Positions 56,566 to 64,000 of a stretch of DNA of 64,000 bases are shown here, in pieces. The DNA lies in contig JAPKFG010000001.1 in NCBI GenBank assembly GCA_028821675.1, forward strand, positions 7,890-71,889. Reading direction: 5' to 3'. The position numbers and the translations under genes are program-made. A model generated the notes under the pieces. It was given only the letters and a program-made list of their open reading frames with translations, was not told the DNA's origin and made no database searches. Positions within the stretch are counted from its first letter, which is position 1. Every line of letters begins with the position of its first letter. Source of the DNA: Candidatus Poseidoniales archaeon. GTDB lineage: Archaea > Thermoplasmatota > Poseidoniia > Poseidoniales > Thalassarchaeaceae.

Positions 56566-56571
56566 TTATAC
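56566..56571 (+). promoter_or_regulatory. TATA-box-like element upstream of rpl7ae
   Basis: TTTATA sits about 45 nt upstream of the rpl7ae ATG, followed by GAGGAG 9 nt before the ATG. Confidence 0.3.
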
Positions 56572-56615
56572 GAGGCACGCCGTCCGGCGGCTTACCGACA
56601 TGAGGAGATAATCCA

Positions 56616-56990
56616 ATGACTGTACACATCGCATTTGAAACACCGAAAGACGTCAAAGACCAAGTTTCAGAACTAGTCAAAGTTGTTGCCAATGGCAATG
56701 GACGCCTAAAGAAAGGAAGCAACGAGGTCACCAAAGCAGCAGAGCGGGGAACCGCGAAGATGATTGTTATGGCTGAGAACGTGAACCCCTCTGAGTTACT
56801 AGCACACATCCCTCTTATTTGCAAGGAGAAGAAAATCCCCTTCATCTATGTCGAAGATCAAGGATTTTTGGCAGGCGATGCAGGCATGGGCGATAACGCA
56901 AAGACCGCAGCAATTGCTTTGATGGAATATACCAAGGCCGCAGAAGAAGCCTTCAATGCCGTCAAGGCTCAATGTGACGCACTGAACTGA
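56616..56990 (+). CDS. rpl7ae: 50S ribosomal protein L7Ae (K-turn binding)
   Basis: KKGSNEVTKAAERGTAKMIVMAENVNPSELLAHIPLICKEKKIPFIYV matches L7Ae/L30e family. Confidence 0.9.
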   Translation: MTVHIAFETPKDVKDQVSELVKVVANGNGRLKKGSNEVTKAAERGTAKMIVMAENVNPSELLAHIPLICKEKKIPFIYVEDQGFLAGDAGMGDNAKTAAIALMEYTKAAEEAFNAVKAQCDALN

Positions 56991-57020
56991 AACTGAGGCT
57001 GCTTAAACGGAGGAATCTGA

Positions 57021-57239
57021 ATGACTCAGGAAGGTTGGCCAGCGGAGGTTGTCGAAGTCGTCGGACGTACAGGCATGACCGGTGAAGCCACCCAGGTTAA
57101 GGTCCGAGTCAATGACGCCCCCAATCCTCGTGACGTTGGGCGAATCATTACACGCAACGTCCTCGGTCCAATTCGAATTGGTGATATTCTGATGCTAAGA
57201 GATACGGGCCGTGAAGCTCGAAAACTCAATTTCCGCTGA
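57021..57239 (+). CDS. rps28e: 30S ribosomal protein S28e
   Basis: [23 protein letters not shown]...[28 protein letters not shown] is near-consensus S28e. Confidence 0.9.
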   Translation: MTQEGWPAEVVEVVGRTGMTGEATQVKVRVNDAPNPRDVGRIITRNVLGPIRIGDILMLRDTGREARKLNFR

Positions 57240-57248
57240 GGCGATGAT

Positions 57249-57437
57249 ATGGCTGAACGTCGGATTTGCAACTTCTCTGGAGAAGAGATTGAACCGGGAA
57301 CCGGGGTCATGTATGTCAAGCGTGACGGAACAGTTCTCTGGTTCAAGGATTCAAAGGCCCGCAAGAACATGAAACTGGGCCGTAATCCACGCAAGGTCAA
57401 GTGGACCCGTCGCTATGTCAAAGGCGGAGCCCAGTAA
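57249..57437 (+). CDS. rpl24e: 50S ribosomal protein L24e
   Basis: RICNFSGEEIEPGTGVMYVKRDGTVLWFKDSKARKN is the L24e TRASH-type zinc-ribbon protein. Confidence 0.9.
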   Translation: MAERRICNFSGEEIEPGTGVMYVKRDGTVLWFKDSKARKNMKLGRNPRKVKWTRRYVKGGAQ

Positions 57438-57517
57438 TCGTCGAACTTGATTCTTCTATAATCACCGTCTACGACGGCGGCGGCGTGCTGAAATAGGGGA
57501 GGCGGGTCGGCCGCCCC

Positions 57518-57940
57518 ATGGTAAACATTCAAACTACATTCATCATGATTAAGCCAGACGGTGTCGAACGTGGCCTTGCTGACGAGATTATCGGGCGATT
57601 TGAGAGGATTGGTCTGCGTATGCTGGGCAGGCGAGATCTAACTCCACCTCTAGAGTTAGCTGAGACACATTACGCAGTGCACAAGGAACGCCCGTTCTAT
57701 TCTGAATTGATTGAATTCATCACATCAGGCCCTGTAGTGGCCATGGCTTGGAAAGGAGAGGGGGCAATAGCAGCCTCTCGCAAACTGATTGGTGCTACAA
57801 ATTGGGAAGACGCTGAGCCAGGCACAATACGAGCGGACTTTGCCCGTAGCATCGACCAAAATATCATTCACGGATCAGACGGTGAAGATACTGCAGCCTT
57901 CGAATTGGGGCTTTGGTTCCCCAATGGACTTGAGGACTGA
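57518..57940 (+). CDS. ndk: nucleoside diphosphate kinase
   Basis: [14 protein letters not shown], the YxxHxxRPFY region ([11 protein letters not shown]), NIIHGSD. The active-site His is present. Confidence 0.9.
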   Translation: MVNIQTTFIMIKPDGVERGLADEIIGRFERIGLRMLGRRDLTPPLELAETHYAVHKERPFYSELIEFITSGPVVAMAWKGEGAIAASRKLIGATNWEDAEPGTIRADFARSIDQNIIHGSDGEDTAAFELGLWFPNGLED

Positions 57941-57954
57941 AAATAGTGAGGTTA

Positions 57955-57989
57955 TTTTCAATTGAGAAATTGAAACTTCCAATTGAAAA
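57955..57989. promoter_or_regulatory. palindromic TTTTCAATTG / CAATTGAAAA motif pair upstream of infB
   Basis: ttttcaattgagaaattgaaa has 8-nt inverted arms (tttcaatt / aattgaaa). A second copy, ccaattgaaaaa, lies 15 nt further on, and GAGGTG plus the ATG follow. Confidence 0.35.
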
Positions 57990-58003
57990 ATAGAGGTGCT
58001 ATT

Positions 58004-59803
58004 ATGGCTGAAAATAACCGTCGTCAACCCATTGTGGCTGTTCTAGGGCATGTCGACCATGGAAAAACATCTGTCTTGGACTACATCCGTAGTCTAGGTC
58101 AAGATCGACAATCAAGCGTCATGGCTAGAGAAGCCGGGGGAATTACACAACACATAGGTGCGACAGAGGTACCTGCAAGGCTGTTGAATGAATTCTGTAG
58201 CCCACTCATGGGTGGGAAGGAATTCTTGTCACCGGGTCTACTCTTCATTGACACACCAGGTCACCATTCGTTCTCGACCTTGCGCACACGAGGTGGTTCC
58301 CTAGCAGATATCGCGATTCTAGTCATTGATCTGATGGAAGGATGCCAACCACAGACATTAGAATCGATTCGAATCTTGAAGAATGCAAAGACTCCTTTCG
58401 TTGTTTGTGCCAACAAAGTAGATCGAATCCATGGATGGAGGTCTGTAAACGGACGCTCTGCTGCTGAAGCAATGAATGATCAAGATTCGTATGCTATTGG
58501 CTTGTTTGAGCAGAAATTCTGGCACCTTGTAGGCCAATTTGGTGAGCAAGGGTTCAATCTTGATATGTACAACAAAATTTCTGATTTTACTCAAAATATA
58601 CCCTTGGTACCTTGTTCTGCAAAAGAGGGTGAAGGGATGCAGGATCTGCTCGCAACCACCATTGGTCTGGCTGAAAAATTCCTCGATGAACAACTCTCTG
58701 ACGTCGATGGGGCTTCAGAGGGAACTGTACTCGAGATGAAAGAAGAACGTGGGCTTGGAAAAACGCTGGATGTAATATTGTATCGTGGTCAAATTTCCAA
58801 AGGCGATGAAATTGTAGTCGCAACTAATCAGGGCCCGGTGGTCACCAGAGTGCGAGGACTGTTCAGGCCTCGAGGCATGGCAGAAATGCGTGATGCTGGA
58901 GATCGCTGGGATGCGATTGAAACCGTTGAGGCTGCTGCAGGATTGAAATTGGCGGCTCCAGATCTAGAAGGTGTTCTCGCAGGTACGACACTCCGAATTC
59001 TACCAGAAGATGCTGGACTACGACAACAAGCTATTGATGCGACCGAGGATGAATCTGAGATTAGCATCAAATTGGATGAAGAAGAAGGCATTGTCATCAA
59101 AGCCGATACGCTTGGAGGGCTTGAGGCGCTAGCATTCGAATTACACAACCTCGATAATCCAATCCCAATCCGAAGCGCAGGGATAGGACCCGTCAATAAA
59201 CGCGATTTGCGCGGGGCAGAAAACGCAGCAGATCCGCTGCAGCGAGTCATTCTTGCATTTAGTACAAGTGTACAAACCGAAACTGCTGAAGAACTTGAGA
59301 AAGAAGATTGTGAAGTAGAGTATATTGGTTCAGACATCATCTATCATATTCTAGAACAATTTGAGACTTGGACTGAAAATCGGAAGATTGAGTTGGAAGA
59401 GGAAAAAAGAGAAAAAATTGTTTACCCTGGAAAAATCAAAATCCTCGCTGATCACATCTTTCGACGATCAGGACCTGCGGTTGTTGGTGTTCGAATCCTA
59501 GGGGGACGACTCCACATCGGACAACGCCTTCTAACAATAGATGGAAATAATGTTGGCCAGATTAAATCCATTCGAACTGGAGATACTTCGCACAAGGAGG
59601 CGAAGCAAGGAGAGGAGGTTGCGATTGCGATCAAAGGGGCAACAGTCGGACGCGGAATCGATGAAGAGGATATTCTGCTCGTAGATGTACCCGCAAGTCA
59701 TGCCCGAAGACTTCGAAAACTAGAGCTCACTTCTTCCGAACAAGAGATTCTAGATGAACTCACGGCACTGCATCGTTCAGAGAACCATTTTTGGGGACGT
59801 TAA
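58004..59803 (+). CDS. infB: translation initiation factor aIF5B (IF2 homolog)
   Basis: PIVAVLGHVDHGKTS (G1), DTPGH (G3), NKVD (G4) and the aIF5B domain order. The start was chosen at the ATG at 58004 with GAGGTG upstream. The ORF-track start at 57983 is a TTG. Confidence 0.9.
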   Translation: MAENNRRQPIVAVLGHVDHGKTSVLDYIRSLGQDRQSSVMAREAGGITQHIGATEVPARLLNEFCSPLMGGKEFLSPGLLFIDTPGHHSFSTLRTRGGSLADIAILVIDLMEGCQPQTLESIRILKNAKTPFVVCANKVDRIHGWRSVNGRSAAEAMNDQDSYAIGLFEQKFWHLVGQFGEQGFNLDMYNKISDFTQNIPLVPCSAKEGEGMQDLLATTIGLAEKFLDEQLSDVDGASEGTVLEMKEERGLGKTLDVILYRGQISKGDEIVVATNQGPVVTRVRGLFRPRGMAEMRDAGDRWDAIETVEAAAGLKLAAPDLEGVLAGTTLRILPEDAGLRQQAIDATEDESEISIKLDEEEGIVIKADTLGGLEALAFELHNLDNPIPIRSAGIGPVNKRDLRGAENAADPLQRVILAFSTSVQTETAEELEKEDCEVEYIGSDIIYHILEQFETWTENRKIELEEEKREKIVYPGKIKILADHIFRRSGPAVVGVRILGGRLHIGQRLLTIDGNNVGQIKSIRTGDTSHKEAKQGEEVAIAIKGATVGRGIDEEDILLVDVPASHARRLRKLELTSSEQEILDELTALHRSENHFWGR

Positions 59804-59935
59804 AGGGGTGCAGTATTGCATTCCACTGTTAGAATTAACCATTGATTTGTTCGATGATTCGGTGACCCCAAGACCCCCAACGTTGAAGTACGAATTGGAA
59901 TGGTCCTGTAGTGGGTTAGTACCCGAGATGATACC

Positions 59936-60931
59936 ATGTCGGCGGGGATGGCACAAGCAGCAGGCACTGGCCGAACGAAGGACCTAATCTCAACCGTCAG
60001 TCAAATTTCTCACACACTGATGGGAGAGGTCGCAAAAGTCATTATCGGGAAAGAGGAAAACTTGCTGCGTGTAACCGTAGGCATTTTGTCCAATGGAAAT
60101 ATGCTCTTGGAAGACTTCCCCGGTCTGGCAAAGACCTTGCTTGCTAATACATTCGCTAAGGCACTTGGCTGCAAATTCAAGCGTGTACAATTCACACCTG
60201 ATTTACTCCCATCTGATATTATGGGGACTTACATGTATGACCAACAAGCTAGTGAATTCAAACTCCGACCTGGCCCTCTGTTCACAAACCTACTGCTCGG
60301 TGATGAAATCAACCGAGCTCCACCCAAGACTCAAGCCGCACTTCTAGAAGCAATGGAAGAGAAACAGGTGACCATTGAGGGTATTACACACAAATTGCCT
60401 GCTCCTTTCGTTACAATGGCAACCCAGAACCCAATCGAACAAGAAGGGACATACCCGTTGCCAGAAGCACAGATGGACCGATTCCTGATGAAGATGTCAA
60501 TGGGGTATCCAGATCGTGCTGAAGAGAAAGCCATTCTTGCTCGACGTAAGTTGAGAGGAAAGGATGGTCACGATGTCGAACAGATTACGTCTCCAAAGAA
60601 GGTCGTTGCTATGCAAAAGGCGCTGGAAACCGTACACGTGGACCCCGCAATCCTCTCTTACATCGTTGAAGTTGTTCAGCGATCTCGCGAGGACCACCGA
60701 GTGATTACGGGTGCATCGCCTCGAGCCAGTCAATCACTCTTCAAGACCGGGCGCGCATCCGCCGCCATTGATGGGCGTGACTATGTAATTCCTGACGATA
60801 TCAAGCGCGTTGCGCTACAAGTTTGCAGTCACCGTGTATTGCTCAAGCCTGAAGCAAAGATCCGGGGGATTACTGGCATGCACATCATGCGCAAGATCCT
60901 CTCTGAAGTCCCTGTTCCGGTCATTCAGTAA
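59936..60931 (+). CDS. MoxR-family AAA+ ATPase
   Basis: LLEDFPGLAKTLLANTFAKALG (MoxR/RavA-type Walker A with AK[ST]) and the Walker B region NLLLGDEINRAPPKTQAALLEAMEE are present. There is no adjacent DUF58 or vWA partner gene. Confidence 0.8.
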   Translation: MSAGMAQAAGTGRTKDLISTVSQISHTLMGEVAKVIIGKEENLLRVTVGILSNGNMLLEDFPGLAKTLLANTFAKALGCKFKRVQFTPDLLPSDIMGTYMYDQQASEFKLRPGPLFTNLLLGDEINRAPPKTQAALLEAMEEKQVTIEGITHKLPAPFVTMATQNPIEQEGTYPLPEAQMDRFLMKMSMGYPDRAEEKAILARRKLRGKDGHDVEQITSPKKVVAMQKALETVHVDPAILSYIVEVVQRSREDHRVITGASPRASQSLFKTGRASAAIDGRDYVIPDDIKRVALQVCSHRVLLKPEAKIRGITGMHIMRKILSEVPVPVIQ

Positions 60932-61038
60932 TCTTCAGCAAACGATTGACGACCACTCGATTGTGCGAGTGTTTGAAAGAGGGGCTTGTCTGACGACGTT
61001 GTGTTCTCCCGGAGGTTGTTGATTTGAATCCTTACAAG

Positions 61039-61992
61039 ATGGTTATCGCAGTCACCAATCAAAAAGGTGGTTGTGCAAAGACGACCACGGCGGTCAATAT
61101 TGCCACGGCCTTGGCCAAAGGGGACCAAAACAATGGTTTCCCGCCTGCGAAAGTCTTGCTTGTAGACCTAGATCCTCAAGGAAACATATCTACATCTTTT
61201 GGAATTGATAAGAGCAAGTTGGATAGAACTGTGTACGATCTTCTCATGAATGATCTAGGAGAAGAATTGCCAATCCTTGAGGACTATCTTATCGCACCAG
61301 AAATGATTACTGACTGGATGCATCAAGCATGGAGAAGAAGTCATCCTGATAAGAAAAATCCACCGAAAACGGTGGGTGTGAGGAATCTGTGGATTCTTCC
61401 AAGCAATATCCAGTTATCTGGTGCAGAAATAGAGTTGGCGACAAGAATTGGTCGAGAAACACGCCTGAAAGAAGGGTTAGGTCCAGCCTACGATGAGTTC
61501 GATTACATCATCATCGATACGCCCCCCAGCCTTGGCCTCCTCACAATCAATGCATTGGCAGCAGCGAACTGGGTATTGATTCCTGTTCAAACAGAATACT
61601 ACGCCCTAGAAGGCATGAGTCAATTGATGAATTCGATTAAATTGGTTCAGCGGCGAATAAATCCCAATCTGAAATTATTTGGAATCGCCCTAACTATGTA
61701 TCAAAAAAGCAAACTCTGCAACACGGTGGAAACCGAAGTTCGCCGATATTTTCCGACCCACGTTTTCAAAACCGTAATTCCCAGAAACATCGATGTCGCA
61801 GCAGCTGCACTTGATGGAGCACCCATCACGCTTCTCAAGAAACCGACAAATGCAAGGGGGGCAAACAAAGGCAGTCATGCGTACTGGGCACTTGCAAAGG
61901 AAGCACATCGTCGCGTGCTTAAGATTCGACAAAAATACGGGATTAACGAACCGAGTCGACTTCAGCAACATCGACTCCGAACCTCTGATTAA
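61039..61992 (+). CDS. parA: ParA/Soj/MinD-family partition ATPase with C-terminal extension
   Basis: MVIAVTNQKGGCAKTTTAVNIATALA is a deviant Walker A, with GGCAKT in place of GGVGKT. The box DLDPQGN is also present, and so is the Walker B region YDEFDYIIIDTPPSLG. The start was chosen at the ATG at 61039. The ORF-track start at 61024 is TTG. Confidence 0.8.
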   Translation: MVIAVTNQKGGCAKTTTAVNIATALAKGDQNNGFPPAKVLLVDLDPQGNISTSFGIDKSKLDRTVYDLLMNDLGEELPILEDYLIAPEMITDWMHQAWRRSHPDKKNPPKTVGVRNLWILPSNIQLSGAEIELATRIGRETRLKEGLGPAYDEFDYIIIDTPPSLGLLTINALAAANWVLIPVQTEYYALEGMSQLMNSIKLVQRRINPNLKLFGIALTMYQKSKLCNTVETEVRRYFPTHVFKTVIPRNIDVAAAALDGAPITLLKKPTNARGANKGSHAYWALAKEAHRRVLKIRQKYGINEPSRLQQHRLRTSD

Positions 61993-62066
61993 CCTCACAA
62001 AAGACCGACACGCTCAAATTACTTCGGGCAGGTCTTCGCATCGGTGACAACATGGGTTCTCCGAAC

Positions 62067-62294
62067 ATGACATCTGTGAGTGTCTCCTTTGATGTAAGGA
62101 GACAACTGAATTCAATGCGAGCAATGAGCAACCACGACAGTGTGGATGAACTCCTAGCGCAGGTGCTACAAGAATATCGAATGGCGCAACTTCGGGCTGA
62201 GGCAGATAAACTACGAAGTCGGCTCCGAGATATTGGCCAAACAGATGTCGAAGCACTGGTTGAACGATTAGGTCATTCTCCTTACGGTGGTTGA
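62067..62294 (+). CDS. small ribbon-helix-helix-like protein downstream of parA (candidate centromere-binding/ParG-like or antitoxin-like)
   Basis: The N-terminal beta-strand MTSVSVSFDVRRQL is followed by two predicted helices (VDELLAQVLQEY, LRAEADKLRSRLRD). An alternative ATG lies at 62052. Confidence 0.4.
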   Translation: MTSVSVSFDVRRQLNSMRAMSNHDSVDELLAQVLQEYRMAQLRAEADKLRSRLRDIGQTDVEALVERLGHSPYGG

Positions 62295-62544
62295 ATTGAA
62301 GGGACAACCTCCAACTTATTCTGTCGATGCGCCCACACTTTTTCGTGGTTTGATGGATGGAGGAAGCAATGCTAGAATCCTTCTTGATTTGGCTGCGGCA
62401 AATGAAATCGAACTGCACGCTGAGGCAGGGGACTGGAATGATCTTTTGTGGCTCATTTCCACTGCACTAAAAGAAACTGGTGGGGCTTACTCTGGGGAAG
62501 ATTATGCTTCACTACGGAACAATATGCCAGTGGTATTCCACTGA
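62287..62544 (+). CDS. small hypothetical protein overlapping the RHH gene by 8 nt
   Basis: 85-aa ORF with no motif recognised. Its position fits the second gene of a two-gene cassette. Confidence 0.3.
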   Translation: MVELKGQPPTYSVDAPTLFRGLMDGGSNARILLDLAAANEIELHAEAGDWNDLLWLISTALKETGGAYSGEDYASLRNNMPVVFH

Positions 62545-64000
62545 TCAGTCCGTGTTTTGTTCGAGCCATTGATGCCCATACCATCGCCACTGTTCCATGG
62601 TCCAACCCTCTGGCAGGCCACCTGAGGGCAATGGAGGGGCTTCGGCTGGCTGTTCTTGAGTTGATGACTGAGGGCTGGGCTCAGAAGTGGTTCCTGAGGC
62701 TGGTTCGTCCTCTTCAACCTCAGCGATCTCGTCTGTCGATGAATCTGGAACTGTCATCTCTTCTGCGATATAATCTGGTTCGGATTCAGATTCATCGTCA
62801 GTCTTCAAATCATCATCATCCGTTGAGGAGGATTCTTCTTCGGCAGCAAGAGACTCATCACCCCAAGCTTTCTGTTCATCAATGCCGCCCCGAGTTTCAA
62901 ATTCACCGCCGGTTTCCCAAGCATCCAATTCACGAGTTGCATCTTGGTGTGTGTATTGGGCATCTGGTTTGCGCTTATCTCGAGCACGGCCAATAACCCT
63001 CGTAGCACCAACAATAGCCACCATGGCAAGTGCCATTGCGCCGATAAGGTATGCCGCAATCACAGCAAATTCCTTGACCGATTCCATCATATCAACGCTT
63101 TCTTCTTCCAAGTACGTGAGATTGTCCTGATCAAAGTCATCATCCAATCCTATACATGCTGAATCATTGATGTGTTTAGCACAGTGATTCTCTAGAGTTT
63201 GAATTTCAGGATCAGTGTCGTTGTAATCGCTGTTGCTTCCTGCACAATCTCGATCATGATCTAGCCATTCAGTGTGATTGCCAACCATCGTGCAGCCATC
63301 GGGGACTGATGATTCCGTATTGTCATCATAGCCATCGCTATCTTCGTCAACACATCCATAACGATTAATCGAGGTGTAAGCGTTGATGTCGGGGTCATAC
63401 AAGATGGCTCGGGTACTCGTGCCTGCAAGTGTCGGACAGGCGTCGCCTCGGAATCCGGTCAGATTGTCCCCATAGCCGTCTCCATCCGAATCACGCCATT
63501 GGTTTTTCTCCATGAGATATGCATCAGCATTTCCAGAGGGGTGAGCTTCCTCACCATTGCCTGGGTCCGACCACCCATCCCCATCCGTATCTTGACAACC
63601 CAGTCGATCCATCGTCGAACCGCCAGATTGATTGACACAAGCATCTGGTTCTGTGGCTCCAGCTTCTTGATTATCTCCATAACCATCGCCATCTGAATCA
63701 GCCCACTGAGTGGAATCGCTAGGGAATTTGTCACCGTCTTGGCCATATTCATAGTCACCATAGCCATCGCCATCAGAATCTGTTTGCTGTGCCGAATTAT
63801 TGGGGAACACATCGGCATTGTCTCCCACATTGTCTCCGTCCGAATCTGCGATTTCAGTTCCATCGAAAGGGAAAACATCTGCGTTATCTCCAACACCGTC
63901 GAAATCTGAATCTATCGACTCTGTCGGATCATCAGGGAAAACGTCTACGCCATCGACAACACCATCATCGTCACGATCAGCATCGAGAAGATGGACCTCC
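62545..64000 (-). CDS. thrombospondin type-3 repeat (calcium-binding) surface protein with TM anchor and acidic C-terminal tail; 5-prime end beyond window
   Basis: Tandem DxDxDGxGDxxDxxP repeats (DSDGDGYGD, DNADVFPNNSAQQTDSDGDG). The frame stays open upstream through base 64000 (manual translation), so the gene is partial. The TM helix is FAVIAAYLIGAMALAMVAIVGA, followed by a Glu/Asp/Ser-rich tail. Confidence 0.7.
   Translation of the reverse strand, partial: EVHLLDADRDDDGVVDGVDVFPDDPTESIDSDFDGVGDNADVFPFDGTEIADSDGDNVGDNADVFPNNSAQQTDSDGDGYGDYEYGQDGDKFPSDSTQWADSDGDGYGDNQEAGATEPDACVNQSGGSTMDRLGCQDTDGDGWSDPGNGEEAHPSGNADAYLMEKNQWRDSDGDGYGDNLTGFRGDACPTLAGTSTRAILYDPDINAYTSINRYGCVDEDSDGYDDNTESSVPDGCTMVGNHTEWLDHDRDCAGSNSDYNDTDPEIQTLENHCAKHINDSACIGLDDDFDQDNLTYLEEESVDMMESVKEFAVIAAYLIGAMALAMVAIVGATRVIGRARDKRKPDAQYTHQDATRELDAWETGGEFETRGGIDEQKAWGDESLAAEEESSSTDDDDLKTDDESESEPDYIAEEMTVPDSSTDEIAEVEEDEPASGTTSEPSPQSSTQEQPAEAPPLPSGGLPEGWTMEQWRWYGHQWLEQNTD

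Noticed and set aside
57983-58003. Extended aIF5B N-terminus (MKNRGAIMAEN) from the ORF track
   Set aside because: The track start is a TTG lying inside the palindromic spacer. The ATG at 58004 has a GAGGTG Shine-Dalgarno and matches the conserved N-terminus.
62448-62996. 182-aa plus-strand ORF
   Set aside because: It is antisense to the TSP3 repeat protein, and its His/Arg/Leu-rich composition comes from the repeat DNA.
63459-63896. 145-aa minus-strand ORF in an alternative frame of the TSP3 gene
   Set aside because: It is a frame-shifted shadow of the repeat region. The TSP3 frame carries the recognisable Ca-binding repeats and continues open to the window edge.

Overview
This 64 kb window looks like a chromosomal segment of an archaeon, most likely a euryarchaeote of the Poseidoniales (marine group II) type. 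Reasons: a thermosome, the conserved rpl7ae-rps28e-rpl24e-ndk-infB(aIF5B) block, the MC1 chromatin protein, Hjc resolvase, aIF5A hypusination genes, and heavily N-glycosylated giant surface proteins. Almost the whole window is coding (about 55 genes on both strands), with two tRNA genes (Gly-CCC, Ile-GAU). There is no rRNA, CRISPR array, transposase or integrase.

Main content:
- Housekeeping: sdhA (3-prime end) and sdhB; heat shock genes (dnaK preceded by an acidic Hsp20-like ORF, divergent from the thermosome); serS, uvrB, prs, pepA, folC, dCMP deaminase.
- Polyamine and hypusine module: agmatinase, AdoMet decarboxylase, and a DHS-like paralog that lacks the catalytic lysine. A canonical DHS lies 41 kb away.
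- Acyl-CoA carboxylase operon of the methylcrotonyl-CoA type: carboxyltransferase, enoyl-CoA hydratase, biotin carboxylase and BCCP. The alpha subunit is split in frame by a single TGA.
- Lipid and quinone genes: geranylgeranyl reductase, UbiD, UbiA.
- Membrane protease content: rhomboid, S2P/M50 with PDZ, Sec11-type signal peptidase, a presenilin/SPP-like protein with a large ectodomain, an M14 carboxypeptidase and CcmF.
- Surface proteins: two proteins of about 1700 aa (PA14+LamG; CARDB) with a signal peptide, a C-terminal TM helix and an acidic tail, and a thrombospondin-type-3 repeat protein that runs off the window end.
- Other: an orphan MoxR ATPase and a ParA-RHH pair.

Observations worth follow-up:
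- A prozyme-like DHS paralog sits in the agmatinase/AdoMetDC cluster.
- A recurring TTTTCAATTG / CAATTGAAAA palindromic motif is confined to intergenic regions.
- A shared GC-rich palindromic element (TGCCGA-N3-TCGGCA) lies 30-50 nt upstream of both giant surface-protein genes.
- An improbable number of proteins end in EEE or EEEE.
- Two paralogous membrane proteins share a GPEFLH motif; one is translationally coupled to signal peptidase.
- dnaK has no grpE or dnaJ neighbour.
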